NCBI GenBank assembly: GCA_011620275.1
Contig: WOZK01000004.1
Location: forward strand, 21,931-85,930
Length of the DNA stretch: 64,000 nucleotides
Origin: Candidatus Omnitrophota bacterium
GTDB taxonomy: Bacteria > Omnitrophota > Gorgyraeia > Gygaellales > Profunditerraquicolaceae
Reading direction: 5' to 3'
The translations under genes and the position numbers were made by a program. A model generated the notes under the pieces. That model was given only the letters and a program-made list of their open reading frames with translations. It was not told where the DNA came from and did not search any database. This document shows positions 39,943 to 49,733 of this stretch, piece after piece; the stretch's first letter is position 1, and each line of letters opens with the position of its first letter.

Positions 39943-40205
39943 GCTTTATTTCGGATCCAAGTTAAAAACTTTTTACCGCTATCACGGGTTAAAGACGAAA
40001 AACCCAACTTCCGCCGGGATTCTTCATCGTCCGCCACTGAAACACTGGCGAGACTCCGTAAAATGACGGCGCGGGAAACTTTGTCGACAGACTGTTATTT
40101 CAAAATCCCTAAAGCTAAGCACCTTGAGATTCGGGAGTAAAGGTTTGACCGAATCGAAAGTTTTCTGTCTTCCCAACTCTCTATTTTCTACTTTCGATTG
40201 CTCTA

Positions 40206-40230
40206 TACTTCCCGCCATAGGCGGGAAGTA
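40206..40230 (-). terminator. Hairpin immediately 3' of tRNA-Gln
   Basis: Perfect stem TACTTCCCGCC/GGCGGGAAGTA; no strong U tract, so may be a processing or stability hairpin. Confidence 0.45.
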
Positions 40231-40301
40231 TTGCCCGGTGAGGACTCGAACCTCAACGCTCAGACCCAAATTCTGATGTGCTACCATTACACTACCGGGC
40301 A
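40231..40301 (-). tRNA. tRNA-Gln(UUG), no encoded CCA
   Basis: U1-A72 acceptor TGCCCGG, GTGTAATGGTAGCAC D arm, TCAGA-ATTTGGG-TCTGA anticodon arm, GGTTCGAGTCC. Confidence 0.93.
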
Positions 40302-40378
40302 GTAGGTTCGTTCCTCCGCAGTGATGCGTAAAAACGCGATTTCCCCGGGATAGGTATATTTAAAGGCGGCTTCGGGGT

Positions 40379-40801
40379 TTATTCGACGCTGAATTCCTGA
40401 TCCGCGCGCACTCCTGTGCCGTCCCGTCTCCTCTCCTGCTCATAGATATCCAATATCTTCTTCTGGAGATATTCCCTGAAGGATTGGGTAATGGGATGGG
40501 CTATATCTTTATGTTCCGACTGAGCCCCGCCGACCGCGTCGGTTTCCGCCGGAGCGGAGGTAAAAGGCAGCTGCGCTCCGCACTGGTTGCAATATTTACT
40601 GCGAATTTCATTCTTGAAGCCGCATTTCGGGCAGGCGAATTTAAGCTTACGCGACGGCATGGCGATAAAAACACCGTTATTGCCCTCTATAACCTTGATA
40701 TTCCTGACAACGAACGCGTTATCAAAAGTTACCGTGGCATAAGCCTTGAGCTTCTTGTCGGGCGAGTCTTTCAGGAACACTCTTACTTCGGTGATCTCCA
40801 T
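40379..40801 (-). CDS. spoVG: SpoVG family protein with Zn-ribbon insertion
   Basis: [29 protein letters not shown]; CxxC..CxxC insert; start refined to 40801 (AGGAGG). Confidence 0.92.
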   Translation of the reverse strand: MEITEVRVFLKDSPDKKLKAYATVTFDNAFVVRNIKVIEGNNGVFIAMPSRKLKFACPKCGFKNEIRSKYCNQCGAQLPFTSAPAETDAVGGAQSEHKDIAHPITQSFREYLQKKILDIYEQERRRDGTGVRADQEFSVE

Positions 40802-41775
40802 CGGCCTACCTCCTTGTGCTGTTGCTTCCTGGGTAACGCAGTCCCTGCGGTCCAAACACGCCACCGGCGGTTCATTCCGCTAATCAGACGCGCCAAATTA
40901 GAAGCCTCACGATATGAAGATACCACGGCGAACACGCAAGAACCGCTGCCCGACATGGCATTAGCTTCTATCCCAAGGCGCGCAAAAGATTCTTTTACGC
41001 GCCTGACTTCCGGATATAAGTCAACAGCAACACTTTCCAGACCGTTGAATAACTCGCCATTATAGCCGGGAAAAACATACCGGCTATAACCTGAATTTAT
41101 TATTTTAACATTATTTGAAGATTTTGTCAATACGTCTTTCTTATTACGGAGAGAGCGCTTTCTGTCCCACTCCCGGTAAATCAAAGGAGTGGGCGCGCTT
41201 ACGGAAGGAAAGACCAGAACGTGATAAAAAAACAGTCTGTCCAGCCTGTGCAAGGGTTTGATCTTTTCTCCTCTGCCTGTCCCAAGTCCGAAAGAACATT
41301 CGTGAAGAAAAAAGGCCGTGTCCGAGCCGATGGAGGCCGCGAGCCCGTATAACTTGCTGAACGGTAACTTCAAACCGGCCAGACGGTTCAGTCCCAGTAT
41401 CACAGCCGCCGCGTTTCCCGAACCGCCGCCCAAACCCGCGCCGGGTGGAATGTTCTTGCGTATGCTGATATCCGCCCCGGCCTTATCCCGGACGCCGCAA
41501 AGCTTGAATAACTCATCAGCGGCCCGATAGGCCAGATTGCCTTCATCCTGCGGGACACCCGGATAACCGCAAGAAACCTTGATAACGCCGTCATCCCGAA
41601 GCTGGACGCTAATCTCGTCGCACAAATCTATGCGCTCGAAAAGAGTGCGGAGATCGTGATACCCATCCCTGCGCCTGCGCAGGATTTCCAGATAAAGATT
41701 TATCTTGGAGTATGAGGGAAAAACCGCCCGGATTCCCGAGGGTATCTTCCGTAAAAGCATGGGTTTGCGCCTCAA
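40783..41775 (-). CDS. ispE: 4-diphosphocytidyl-2-C-methyl-D-erythritol kinase
   Basis: [31 protein letters not shown]. Confidence 0.93.
   Translation of the reverse strand: MRRKPMLLRKIPSGIRAVFPSYSKINLYLEILRRRRDGYHDLRTLFERIDLCDEISVQLRDDGVIKVSCGYPGVPQDEGNLAYRAADELFKLCGVRDKAGADISIRKNIPPGAGLGGGSGNAAAVILGLNRLAGLKLPFSKLYGLAASIGSDTAFFLHECSFGLGTGRGEKIKPLHRLDRLFFYHVLVFPSVSAPTPLIYREWDRKRSLRNKKDVLTKSSNNVKIINSGYSRYVFPGYNGELFNGLESVAVDLYPEVRRVKESFARLGIEANAMSGSGSCVFAVVSSYREASNLARLISGMNRRWRVWTAGTALPRKQQHKEVGRWRSPK
41102..41130 (-). promoter_or_regulatory. Internal promoter within ispE
   Basis: TTGACA-17nt-TAAAAT with TGn extension, in an AT-rich patch. Confidence 0.7.
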
Positions 41776-42707
41776 CCGCGGATGCTTTCCAAAGCCGCTC
41801 TTTCCACGTCTTCTGCGGTAAGTTTGTAGCTTTTGATCAGTTCATCCGGATCGCCGGACTGCCCGAACTTTTCCTTGATAGCGACAGTGGTCACCCTGCC
41901 GCAATAACCTTCTTCCTGCAAAGTCTCCGCGACCGCCGCGCATAACCCGCCGACTACCGAGTGTTCTTCACAGACCACCATGCCACGAACCGTCCCCGCC
42001 GCCTCTTTCACCGTTTCCGCGTCGAAAGGCCTCAAGGTATGCATATTGATCACGCGCGCCCGAACGCCTTTACCGGCCAGCTTTTCCGCGGCCTTCAAGG
42101 CGTTACCTACCATCATACCGCAGGCGATAATGGCGACATCGCCGCCTTCCCTAAGCACCTGCGCCTTGCCCAGACGAAAATCCCCCGTCCCCTCTATCGT
42201 CGGGACCTTAGCGCGCCCCAGGCGTATGTAAAAAGGCCCCGGGGTCTCCGCTGCCGCCAGCACCGCCGCTTTTGTCTGCGGACCGTCGCAAGGAACAACC
42301 ACATTTATTCCCGGTATCACGCGCACCAAAGCCAGGTCTTCCAGCGCCTGATGGCTCGCCCCGTCAGGCCCGACCGTCAATCCGGCGTGGGTGGCAACTA
42401 TCTTAACATTCAAATGATTGTAGCATATCCCGTTGCGCACCTGATCCCAGGCGCGGCCGGTGGCGAAGATGGCGAAAGTGGAAGCGAATACCGTTTTGCC
42501 GGACACCGCCAGCCCGGCGGCGACGCCCATCAGGTTCTGCTCCGCCACCCCCATATTGAAGAACCTCTCGGGGAACGCCTTGGCGAACAGCCCGGTCCTG
42601 GTGGAACTGGAAAGATCCGCGTCCAGCACTACTATGTCCGTGTTCTTACCGCCCAGTTCCACGAGAGTCTTGCCGTAAACATCCCTTTGATAGAATAATT
42701 CAACCAT
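41772..42707 (-). CDS. Transketolase, C-terminal subunit
   Basis: DADLS.ST, GVAEQN, GPDGASHQ, EEHS..GGL. Confidence 0.93.
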   Translation of the reverse strand: MVELFYQRDVYGKTLVELGGKNTDIVVLDADLSSSTRTGLFAKAFPERFFNMGVAEQNLMGVAAGLAVSGKTVFASTFAIFATGRAWDQVRNGICYNHLNVKIVATHAGLTVGPDGASHQALEDLALVRVIPGINVVVPCDGPQTKAAVLAAAETPGPFYIRLGRAKVPTIEGTGDFRLGKAQVLREGGDVAIIACGMMVGNALKAAEKLAGKGVRARVINMHTLRPFDAETVKEAAGTVRGMVVCEEHSVVGGLCAAVAETLQEEGYCGRVTTVAIKEKFGQSGDPDELIKSYKLTAEDVERAALESIRG

Positions 42708-42727
42708 AAAATTTTTCTCCGCGACGG

Positions 42728-43549
42728 CTACTCCAGTTCCTGCAACGCCTGTTCCGTCTCTTCTTTAGTGGGCGCGCGCCCGTGAAACTCCACATTATTT
42801 TCCATGAAAGAAACACCTTTCCCTTTTATGGTGTGGGCGATAATCACGCTCGGCCTTCCTTTTACTCCGGCGGCTTCTTTATAGGCGCCGAGAATCTCCG
42901 CCATGTCGTGCCCGTCTATTTCGATCGTGTGCCAGCCGAAAGCCTCCCATTTGGCCTTTATCGGCTCAAGGCCCATTATATCGGACGTCCTGCCGTCTAT
43001 CTGCAGCCCGTTATAATCGACTATACCGCAAAGATTATCGCACTTGTAATGAGCGGCGGACATCGCGGCTTCCCAAATATTGCCTTCCTGTATCTCGCCG
43101 TCTCCCATCAACACGTAAACCCTGCTTTGTCTACCGTCCAGCCGCGCCGCCAGAGACATCCCCACGCCCACGGAAAGCCCCTGCCCGAGAGACCCGGAGG
43201 ACATTTCTACTCCCGGAGCGCGCCTGTCCGGATGCCCCTGCAGTATGGAGCCAAATTTACGCAAAGTGAATAGTTCGCACTGCGGCATGTAACCGTCCGC
43301 CGCCAGCACCGAGAACCAGAGAGGACAGCAATGCCCTTTTGACATATGGAACTTGTCTCTATCAGGCCACGCGGGATCAGACGGGTTATGCCTCAGCACG
43401 GAAAAATAAAGAGCGGTAACCAGGTCCGCGGAAGAAAGACTTCCCCCGGGGTGGCCCGAGCCGGCGACGGAGATCATCTGGATTATACTTCTTCTGATCT
43501 GCCTTGCTTTTTCTTGAAGTTGCCGTATATCTAAAGTTTCATTTTCCAT
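42728..43549 (-). CDS. Transketolase, N-terminal subunit
   Basis: SGHPGG, DRD...SKGH, LQGHP, GSLGQG, GDGE..EG. Confidence 0.93.
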   Translation of the reverse strand: MENETLDIRQLQEKARQIRRSIIQMISVAGSGHPGGSLSSADLVTALYFSVLRHNPSDPAWPDRDKFHMSKGHCCPLWFSVLAADGYMPQCELFTLRKFGSILQGHPDRRAPGVEMSSGSLGQGLSVGVGMSLAARLDGRQSRVYVLMGDGEIQEGNIWEAAMSAAHYKCDNLCGIVDYNGLQIDGRTSDIMGLEPIKAKWEAFGWHTIEIDGHDMAEILGAYKEAAGVKGRPSVIIAHTIKGKGVSFMENNVEFHGRAPTKEETEQALQELE

Positions 43550-44567
43550 TTTTGACCGGTTCTCCGTTCTTCTCCGTCTGCCCGGACAGTTTTTTTAGTT
43601 TCGCTCTCACCTCTTCCTGTTCAGGGTCGAGCCGCAGAGATTCCCGCCATTCCTGCGCGGCTTTATCTTTATCTCCAGTCTTAAGATAGAAATCACCAAG
43701 ATGGTCAAGTATCACCGGATCATTCAACAGCGAAGCGGCTTTTCTCAATTCCCTACCCGCCTCCTTTATCATTCCCTTCTTGAAATAAAGCCAGCCCAGG
43801 CTGTCGGCATAAGCGCCGTTGTCCGGCGCCAAGGAAACGGCCTTTTTTATCATCGTCTCCGCTTCCCTGAGGTTGCGATCTTCCTCAAGATACATGTACC
43901 CGAGATAATTAAGGGCCTGGTGGCAATCCCCGTTTAAAGCTATCGTCTTGACCAGTTCGGCCTCGGCGCCTTTCTTATCTCCCAGGCGGTAACGTATATC
44001 CCCGAGATAAAAATGCGCCTCCCAGGAAGAAGGAGACAGATTTACTATCCGGCGGAACACCTGCTCGGCCTGTTCCAGCTTACCGCGGTAAAGATATAGC
44101 CGCCCCAGGCTGCCGGATATTCTGGCGTCGTCCGGTTTGGTCTCCGCCGCCGCACGCAGGGCACTTTCGTATTCCTGTATGGCTTTATCGGGCTCTTCCA
44201 GTAGATAATAAACCAGCGACAACAAAGCGTGGGGTTCCGCCATCTCCGGGCGCAACTTTGCCGCCGACTGCAGTTCCACGACGGCGCCGGGATAATCCTC
44301 CTCGCCCATGTAACAAACGGCGAGTTTCATGCGGATGTAAACGTTTTGCGGGTCGGCCTTGAGCGCCTTTTTGAATTCCCGTATGGAATCTTTCTGTTCG
44401 CCGCGGCGGTTGTAAATCAATCCGGTTATATAATGGCTCAACGCGGAGGCTTTCGCGCTTTCCGCCGCCCGGCAGGCACCGGCACAGATAAGGACAAAGA
44501 ACAACAATGCGGGTATTGAACCCCGGGAGATAAAACTCTTTATGCTGAAAGGTTTCGGAAGGGCCAT
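43539..44567 (-). CDS. TPR-repeat exported protein
   Basis: Hydrophobic N-terminus, multiple TPRs, ALNYLGY and DSLGW motifs; start uncertain. Confidence 0.85.
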   Translation of the reverse strand: MALPKPFSIKSFISRGSIPALLFFVLICAGACRAAESAKASALSHYITGLIYNRRGEQKDSIREFKKALKADPQNVYIRMKLAVCYMGEEDYPGAVVELQSAAKLRPEMAEPHALLSLVYYLLEEPDKAIQEYESALRAAAETKPDDARISGSLGRLYLYRGKLEQAEQVFRRIVNLSPSSWEAHFYLGDIRYRLGDKKGAEAELVKTIALNGDCHQALNYLGYMYLEEDRNLREAETMIKKAVSLAPDNGAYADSLGWLYFKKGMIKEAGRELRKAASLLNDPVILDHLGDFYLKTGDKDKAAQEWRESLRLDPEQEEVRAKLKKLSGQTEKNGEPVKNGK

Positions 44568-44600
44568 TTTTATCCCGGAACTCACGCGTGACGGCGTAAA

Positions 44601-44664
44601 TCCGGGGACACTATACTTAATTATTCCCAAAACCACAGACATTTAAGTATTGTGTCCCCGGAAT
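44601..44664. repeat. Inverted GGGGACAC doublet with ~20-bp spacer
   Basis: Forward 44601-44622, reverse 44643-44664. Confidence 0.88.
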
Positions 44665-44794
44665 CCTATTAACAACCTACTAATTCCAGTCTCTCTTCTT
44701 CACGTGACGCAGACGGCGACGCATTTTCTTGCGCTTATGCGTCCGTATCTTAATTCTCTTTCTTTTCTTACCGCAAGGCATTTGACTCCTCCGC

Positions 44795-45694
44795 TTAATA
44801 TATTACTTTATTCAAAGGATACTCGATTATCCCTTCAGCGCCGGCTTTTTTCAAACCGGGTATCAACATACGCACAACCTTCTCGTCGATAATAGTCTCC
44901 ACGGCGCACCACTCTTCCTGCGCCAGACCGGAGATGGTCGGCCTCTTGAGAGCCGGAAGGAGCGAGATGACTTTATTCAAGTCCTTCCTGCGGACGTTCA
45001 TCTTCAAACCTACCTTCTCCTCCGCGTTTATCGCGCCCTTCAAAAGCATCGCTATCTGCTGCATTTTATCGTTCTTCCAGGAATCCTTGAAGGCTTTCTT
45101 ATTGGCTATGAACTGGGTGGTCGACTCGCAGATAGTAGCGATTATCTTCAGCTTATTGGCCTTAAGGCTTCTGCCGGTCTCGGTCAAATCCACGATCGCA
45201 TCCACCAACCCGGAATTCACCTTCACCTCGGTGGCGCCCCAGCTGAATTCCACCTCGGCGTTCACTTTTTGCTTCTTGAGATATTTTCTGGTGGCGTTGG
45301 CCAACTCGGTGGCGATACGTTTATTGTTCAACTGCTTTACAGAATCGATCCCCGAGCATTCCGGTACCGCCAGCACCCAACGCACTTTGCTCATGCTCTG
45401 TTTGGCGTAAGCCAGGTCAGTGATCCTGACGACATCGGACCCGTTCTCGATTATCCAATCCTCGCCGGTTATGCCGCAGTCAAGCACGCCTTCCTGGACG
45501 TAACGCGACATCTCCTGGGCCCTGAGCAGTATTGCTTCTATCTCCGGATCGCCTGTAGAGGGAAAATAAGAACGCTCTGAAGGCAGCGAGACATTGAAGC
45601 CTGCTTTCCGGAACATTTTGAAAGTCGCTTCCTGAAGGCTACCTTTTGGTAAACCGAGCTTTAAAACCTTCTTCTGTTTTTTATTCACAACCAT
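44795..45694 (-). CDS. hisG: ATP phosphoribosyltransferase (long form)
   Basis: LPKGSL, D.GITG.D, SWGATE, D.IVD.TETG.SL..N, C-terminal regulatory domain; start refined to 45694 (GGAGGT). Confidence 0.95.
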   Translation of the reverse strand: MVVNKKQKKVLKLGLPKGSLQEATFKMFRKAGFNVSLPSERSYFPSTGDPEIEAILLRAQEMSRYVQEGVLDCGITGEDWIIENGSDVVRITDLAYAKQSMSKVRWVLAVPECSGIDSVKQLNNKRIATELANATRKYLKKQKVNAEVEFSWGATEVKVNSGLVDAIVDLTETGRSLKANKLKIIATICESTTQFIANKKAFKDSWKNDKMQQIAMLLKGAINAEEKVGLKMNVRRKDLNKVISLLPALKRPTISGLAQEEWCAVETIIDEKVVRMLIPGLKKAGAEGIIEYPLNKVIY

Positions 45695-45955
45695 ACTACC
45701 TCCGATAAATGCGGTCATTCTTTCCGGATTCCCCTGAAGCCCCCAGGCAAACGCCGGACAGCCGGAAACAACGAAAAGAAACACCTTTATTGTAGAAAGA
45801 AATGAAGCTCCCCAGGCTTCAGACTGTGGTAATCCTTAGACAAACTAAAAATAAGTTTGCGTTACATACCGGCCACAACAATAACCACGGGAAAAACGCA
45901 AAAAAAATACCCCCTTATGCTCCCTTTTGGGGAGCACTTCAGGAATGGTTTCTTA

Positions 45956-45984
45956 ATTATACAGATGGAAAAACCTTTTGTAAA
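45956..45984 (-). promoter_or_regulatory. Sigma70-type promoter upstream of the hisG leader
   Basis: TTTACA-17nt-TATAAT. Confidence 0.6.
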
Positions 45985-46027
45985 GCAACTAATTGATTAA
46001 AAACAAAAACGGCCCCGTGCCTCAGGT

Positions 46028-46101
46028 CGTCCTTGTGAGGAGCAAAATGGCAAAGCAACCCTTCCCAGCCGGATTGCTCCGCAAAAAACGCCTGTAATGA
46101 C
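46028..46101. repeat. Degenerate CGTC-type palindromic repeat doublet
   Basis: CGTCCTTGTGAGGAGC..AAGCAACC ... GATTGCTCCG..TGTAATGAC resembles CGTCATTGCGAG-type repeats. Confidence 0.5.
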
Positions 46102-46253
46102 CATATATCCTATAAAGTATTGCTCGGGAGGACAATATCCCGAAGCATTCTCTTGCTCCCGCCTTTGCTTTTATTTTTACTTCCCGACATTTCAAATATT
46201 AATTATTGTCTCTCCGGTTTGAAAATAGTATAATTGGATAAAAGGATAGCAAT

Positions 46254-46493
46254 ATGGCGATAATTATACGCAATATCTTCACGCTCACGTTCATAGTCTG
46301 TTGTTTCTATTATCTTTATATCTTCCTTTTTCGCAAAATAAACGACTTCTCCGCCTTCTCCAGCGGAGAGGACATCTGGAACCACCCCGAAGCCTATTTC
46401 GATCCTGAAGTTTGCAAATACATACATGTCCCGGCCTATATAGCGGTATTCAGTTGGTGCGCGGCTGCGCTCATCCATCTCATCACCGCTTAA
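46254..46493 (+). CDS. Small hypothetical membrane protein (2 TM)
   Basis: AAAGGA RBS, two hydrophobic segments, co-oriented with the next gene. Confidence 0.5.
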   Translation: MAIIIRNIFTLTFIVCCFYYLYIFLFRKINDFSAFSSGEDIWNHPEAYFDPEVCKYIHVPAYIAVFSWCAAALIHLITA

Positions 46494-46529
46494 GTAACCC
46501 GGCACAATCCCCCGGCGGAGGTTAATATC

Positions 46530-47948
46530 ATGTGGAGCAAAAGAACAAAAAAGACCATCTGGATCATACTTTTGATAGCCATTTTACCGGGTTTCGTTCT
46601 CTGGGGATTTTTCGATTCCATAAAAAAATCCCCCGGCCAAAGCCACTACGCCGGCAGGATATACGGCAGGAAGATTACCAGCCGGGAATACCAGTCCGCT
46701 CTCCAGGCGGTTAATACGGCTGCCGCTATGCGTCTCGGAGATAAACTCCAGCAAATGCAACAGTATCTCAACCTCGAAGGGCAAGCATGGCAACGGCTGC
46801 TTATGCTCGAAGAAGCCTCCCGCCGCAGGATAAGAATCCCGGACAAGGAAGTGGTGAGAACGATTCGAAGTTATTCTTTTCTGCAGAATAAAAAAGGCGA
46901 ATTCGACGAAAAGCAATACCGGCAGGTTCTGCGCTACGTATTCCACGTCCCCGCCAGAGCTTTCGAAGAGCAGGTGCGCGGAGACATAGCCATAGAGAAG
47001 CTATTCCAAGAGGTGACCGCCGGAATCAAAGTCGACGACACCGAAATAAAAGAAGCCTACAACAAGGCCAACGAAGAAATAAGCGTCAAATACATAGCTG
47101 CTCTGCCCGCGGACATAGCCGCCGATTTTTCCGTGCCGGATGAAGAAATAAAAGCCTATTTCACCGCCAACAACCTGCTTTTCAAGAAACCGCTCAGCTA
47201 CAACCTGGAATATGTTATGCTCGGGACGGACGTGCCGGAGAATAAAATACAAGACACCCTGCAGCGTTTCATCAAAGCCGCCGATTTCAGGGATGAGGCC
47301 AAGAATATGGAACTGGAGGCCAAAGAAACCGGACTCTTCGCAGAGAACGGTCCTATCCCGGGCATAGGCTGGTCGCAGGAATTGATGGAACGCCTCGCCA
47401 ACTCCTCCGCCGGTAAATTCCTGCCGCCGGTCAAAACCTCTACCGGGGTCTTCTTGCTCAAAATCAAAGAAAAAAAAGAACCGTATATCCCTCTGCTTGA
47501 GGAGATCAAAGACGAAGTGAAGAAAAAAATGGTGTCGCAGAAGTCCGCCCAGGAAGCGAAAAAAAGGATAGAGGAATGCCTCTCAAAGATCAAAGCCGCG
47601 ACGACAGCCAAAGAATCCGTGTCGCTTGAACAGTTGGCTAAATCCCTGTCGCTTAAATCAGGCAAAACCGGGGATTTTAGATTCGGCAGTTATATCGAAG
47701 GTATCGGGGCTTCCGACGCCTTTTACACGGAAGCGAAAAAACTCTCCCCCGGACAATACAGCGGCGTGATAAAAGCCGCCTCCGGTTTTTATATCATCAC
47801 CCCGGATTCTTTCAAGCCGGTGGACGAGAATAAATTCGCCCAGGAGAAAAAAGACTTCGCCCGCAGCCTGCTTTTCAAGAAGCAGAACGAAGCCTTCGAC
47901 CAATTCATGCGGGAAGTAGAGAAGAAATCCGCGGCGAAAAAGTTCTAG
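46530..47948 (+). CDS. SurA N-terminal domain/PpiD-like periplasmic chaperone
   Basis: N-terminal TM (FVLWG), I.G..I...EY, G.FD...Y, degenerate parvulin segments; GGAGG RBS. Confidence 0.85.
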   Translation: MWSKRTKKTIWIILLIAILPGFVLWGFFDSIKKSPGQSHYAGRIYGRKITSREYQSALQAVNTAAAMRLGDKLQQMQQYLNLEGQAWQRLLMLEEASRRRIRIPDKEVVRTIRSYSFLQNKKGEFDEKQYRQVLRYVFHVPARAFEEQVRGDIAIEKLFQEVTAGIKVDDTEIKEAYNKANEEISVKYIAALPADIAADFSVPDEEIKAYFTANNLLFKKPLSYNLEYVMLGTDVPENKIQDTLQRFIKAADFRDEAKNMELEAKETGLFAENGPIPGIGWSQELMERLANSSAGKFLPPVKTSTGVFLLKIKEKKEPYIPLLEEIKDEVKKKMVSQKSAQEAKKRIEECLSKIKAATTAKESVSLEQLAKSLSLKSGKTGDFRFGSYIEGIGASDAFYTEAKKLSPGQYSGVIKAASGFYIITPDSFKPVDENKFAQEKKDFARSLLFKKQNEAFDQFMREVEKKSAAKKF

Positions 47949-47962
47949 AAACCGCCCGCATT

Positions 47963-47994
47963 AAAAAAGCCCCGCGTTCACACGCGGGGCTTTT
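47963..47994. terminator. Bidirectional intrinsic terminator
   Basis: AAAAAAGCCCCGCGT-loop-ACGCGGGGCTTTT between convergent genes. Confidence 0.88.
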
Positions 47995-48015
47995 CATTGT
48001 TTCTCGGCGCTCGTA

Positions 48016-48198
48016 TTACTCCACTTTAATAGCGCTGACCGGGCACTGCTCGGCAATCTCGCTTATATTATGCGTATTGCAAACGTCCGCCTTGCTATGC
48101 GCGACACCGTCAGCCTGAACCTCGAATACCTCCGGGCACAACTGCTCGCACAATCCGCAGCCCACGCATACGGAAGCGTCAATAGTCACCTTCGCCAT
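48016..48198 (-). CDS. Ferredoxin (single 4Fe-4S type)
   Basis: CxxCxxCxxxCP plus CP..AI; AGGAGG RBS. Confidence 0.92.
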   Translation of the reverse strand: MAKVTIDASVCVGCGLCEQLCPEVFEVQADGVAHSKADVCNTHNISEIAEQCPVSAIKVE

Positions 48199-48349
48199 TT
48201 TTCATTCCTCCTGAATGGAACCTTGGAACTAAAGCCCAAAGCCCCTGTTTTTCCCGGCGAAGCTCCGGCTTCGCCGATACACAGCCCATATTAAGCTGTA
48301 TGCTCCTACAGTAACCTCCCCGAAGCGGGGCCATTCCGCGGAACTTTTT

Positions 48350-48829
48350 TTAACGCTCCATAAGATTCTCAAACATCTCTTCGTGTTCGATTTCCTCGGC
48401 GAGTATATGCATAACCAACTGATAGGTCACGTGGTCCTTACCGAACGTCTTCTTGGCGATCTTGTTGTAAACATCTATCGCGGAAGCCTCTGCCTCGGTA
48501 ACGATGCGGATTATGCGGTTGATATCCGCTCCGTTCTTAGGAGGCATTATGTAAGGCGTGTTGGCATTTTTCTCAAGTTCCATCGGGTTGGCTATCGGGA
48601 CACCGCCCAGTTTCGTGATCAGGTCGGCCAGTTCTTCAGTGTGTTCCTTCTCATCCGCGGCGATTTTCTTCAACAACTCTTTCATATCCTCGTAGGCCTT
48701 GCCGCAGACTATCTGGGCCATATACCAATAAAGATAATGCGCCAGCCATTCGTCGGCGTAAGCTTTTGTCAGGTCTTTGACGATATCCTTTAGTGGAATT
48801 TCCGCTATCGCCCTTGCCTGCTTTCCCAT
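48350..48829 (-). CDS. Ferritin-like (DPS-like/bacterioferritin-like) protein
   Basis: AYADEWLAHY.Y, two ExxH di-iron motifs, KD.VTY. Confidence 0.88.
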   Translation of the reverse strand: MGKQARAIAEIPLKDIVKDLTKAYADEWLAHYLYWYMAQIVCGKAYEDMKELLKKIAADEKEHTEELADLITKLGGVPIANPMELEKNANTPYIMPPKNGADINRIIRIVTEAEASAIDVYNKIAKKTFGKDHVTYQLVMHILAEEIEHEEMFENLMER

Positions 48830-48845
48830 AACCTACCCCCTTCCG

Positions 48846-49733
48846 CTAATTCCCGGAGACCTGATCCCTGAGCCCGTATTTCCTGACATTATTGTCAGCA
48901 ATCTCCTGGATCTTCTTTATTTCCTCGGCGGCACCCGTAAGGTGCTTAAACCTTCCCTGCATTTTCAGGTACTCTTCCACAGGTTTGGCCTGCGCCAGTT
49001 TACGCACGGCGGAGAGCTGTCCGTTCTCATACTCAAACAGCGGATAAAGGCCGGTTTCTACGGCTGATTTCGCCACGGTAAGGGTGAGGCCCGAATCGTG
49101 CCTCCACCCAAGCGGGCATGGGACGTGTATCTGCATATATTTGGGGCCTTTTATTGAAAAAGCTTTCTTGACCTTTCTCTGGATGTCCTGCGGGAACGCT
49201 ACCGAGGCTGTCGCGACATACGGGATGCCGTGCGCCACGGCTATCTCCGGCAGGGCTTTCTTGGGCCGCAAATTGCCGAAGGACTGCTTGCCGGACGGGC
49301 TGGTGGTAGTGTTGGAATCGAAAGGCGTAAGGCCGCTGCGCTGGACACCGGTGTTCATATAAGCTTCATTGTCGTAGCAAACGTAGAGAATATCGTGGCC
49401 GCGCTCCAGCATCCCCGAGAGAGCCTGCAGGCCGATATCCGCGGTCCCGCCGTCTCCGGCCTGGGCAATAATGTTGATACCGTCTTTCTTGCCCATGAAT
49501 TTGAGTGCGGATTCGACTCCGGAAGCCACTGCCGCGCAGTTTTCGAATAGAGAATGGATAAAGGGGACCTCCCAGGCTGACTCCGGGTATTTCGTGGAAA
49601 ACACCTCCAGACAGCCCGTGTTATTGACTACTATAGTGTTCGGCCCGCTGGCGTCTATGACAAGTCTCGCCGCCAAAGACTGGCCGCATCCCGCGCAGGC
49701 GGTATGACCCGAGACAAAAAGGTTCTTATTCAT
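48846..49733 (-). CDS. porB: Pyruvate:ferredoxin oxidoreductase beta subunit
   Basis: GH.ACAGCG, TGC.E, GDGG..DIG, YDNEAYMNTG.Q. Confidence 0.93.
   Translation of the reverse strand: MNKNLFVSGHTACAGCGQSLAARLVIDASGPNTIVVNNTGCLEVFSTKYPESAWEVPFIHSLFENCAAVASGVESALKFMGKKDGINIIAQAGDGGTADIGLQALSGMLERGHDILYVCYDNEAYMNTGVQRSGLTPFDSNTTTSPSGKQSFGNLRPKKALPEIAVAHGIPYVATASVAFPQDIQRKVKKAFSIKGPKYMQIHVPCPLGWRHDSGLTLTVAKSAVETGLYPLFEYENGQLSAVRKLAQAKPVEEYLKMQGRFKHLTGAAEEIKKIQEIADNNVRKYGLRDQVSGN

Noticed and set aside
40024-40287. 87-aa ORF
   Set aside because: Overlaps tRNA-Gln and repeat-like sequence; no coding evidence.
45727-45790. GGCAAAC segment as a c-di-GMP-I riboswitch
   Set aside because: Lacks the GNRA-capped P2 and GACGCAAAG motif, and is on the strand opposite hisG.
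46203-46505. 100-aa minus-strand ORF
   Set aside because: The competing + strand 79-aa ORF has an RBS, TM pattern and operon orientation; neither is confirmed.
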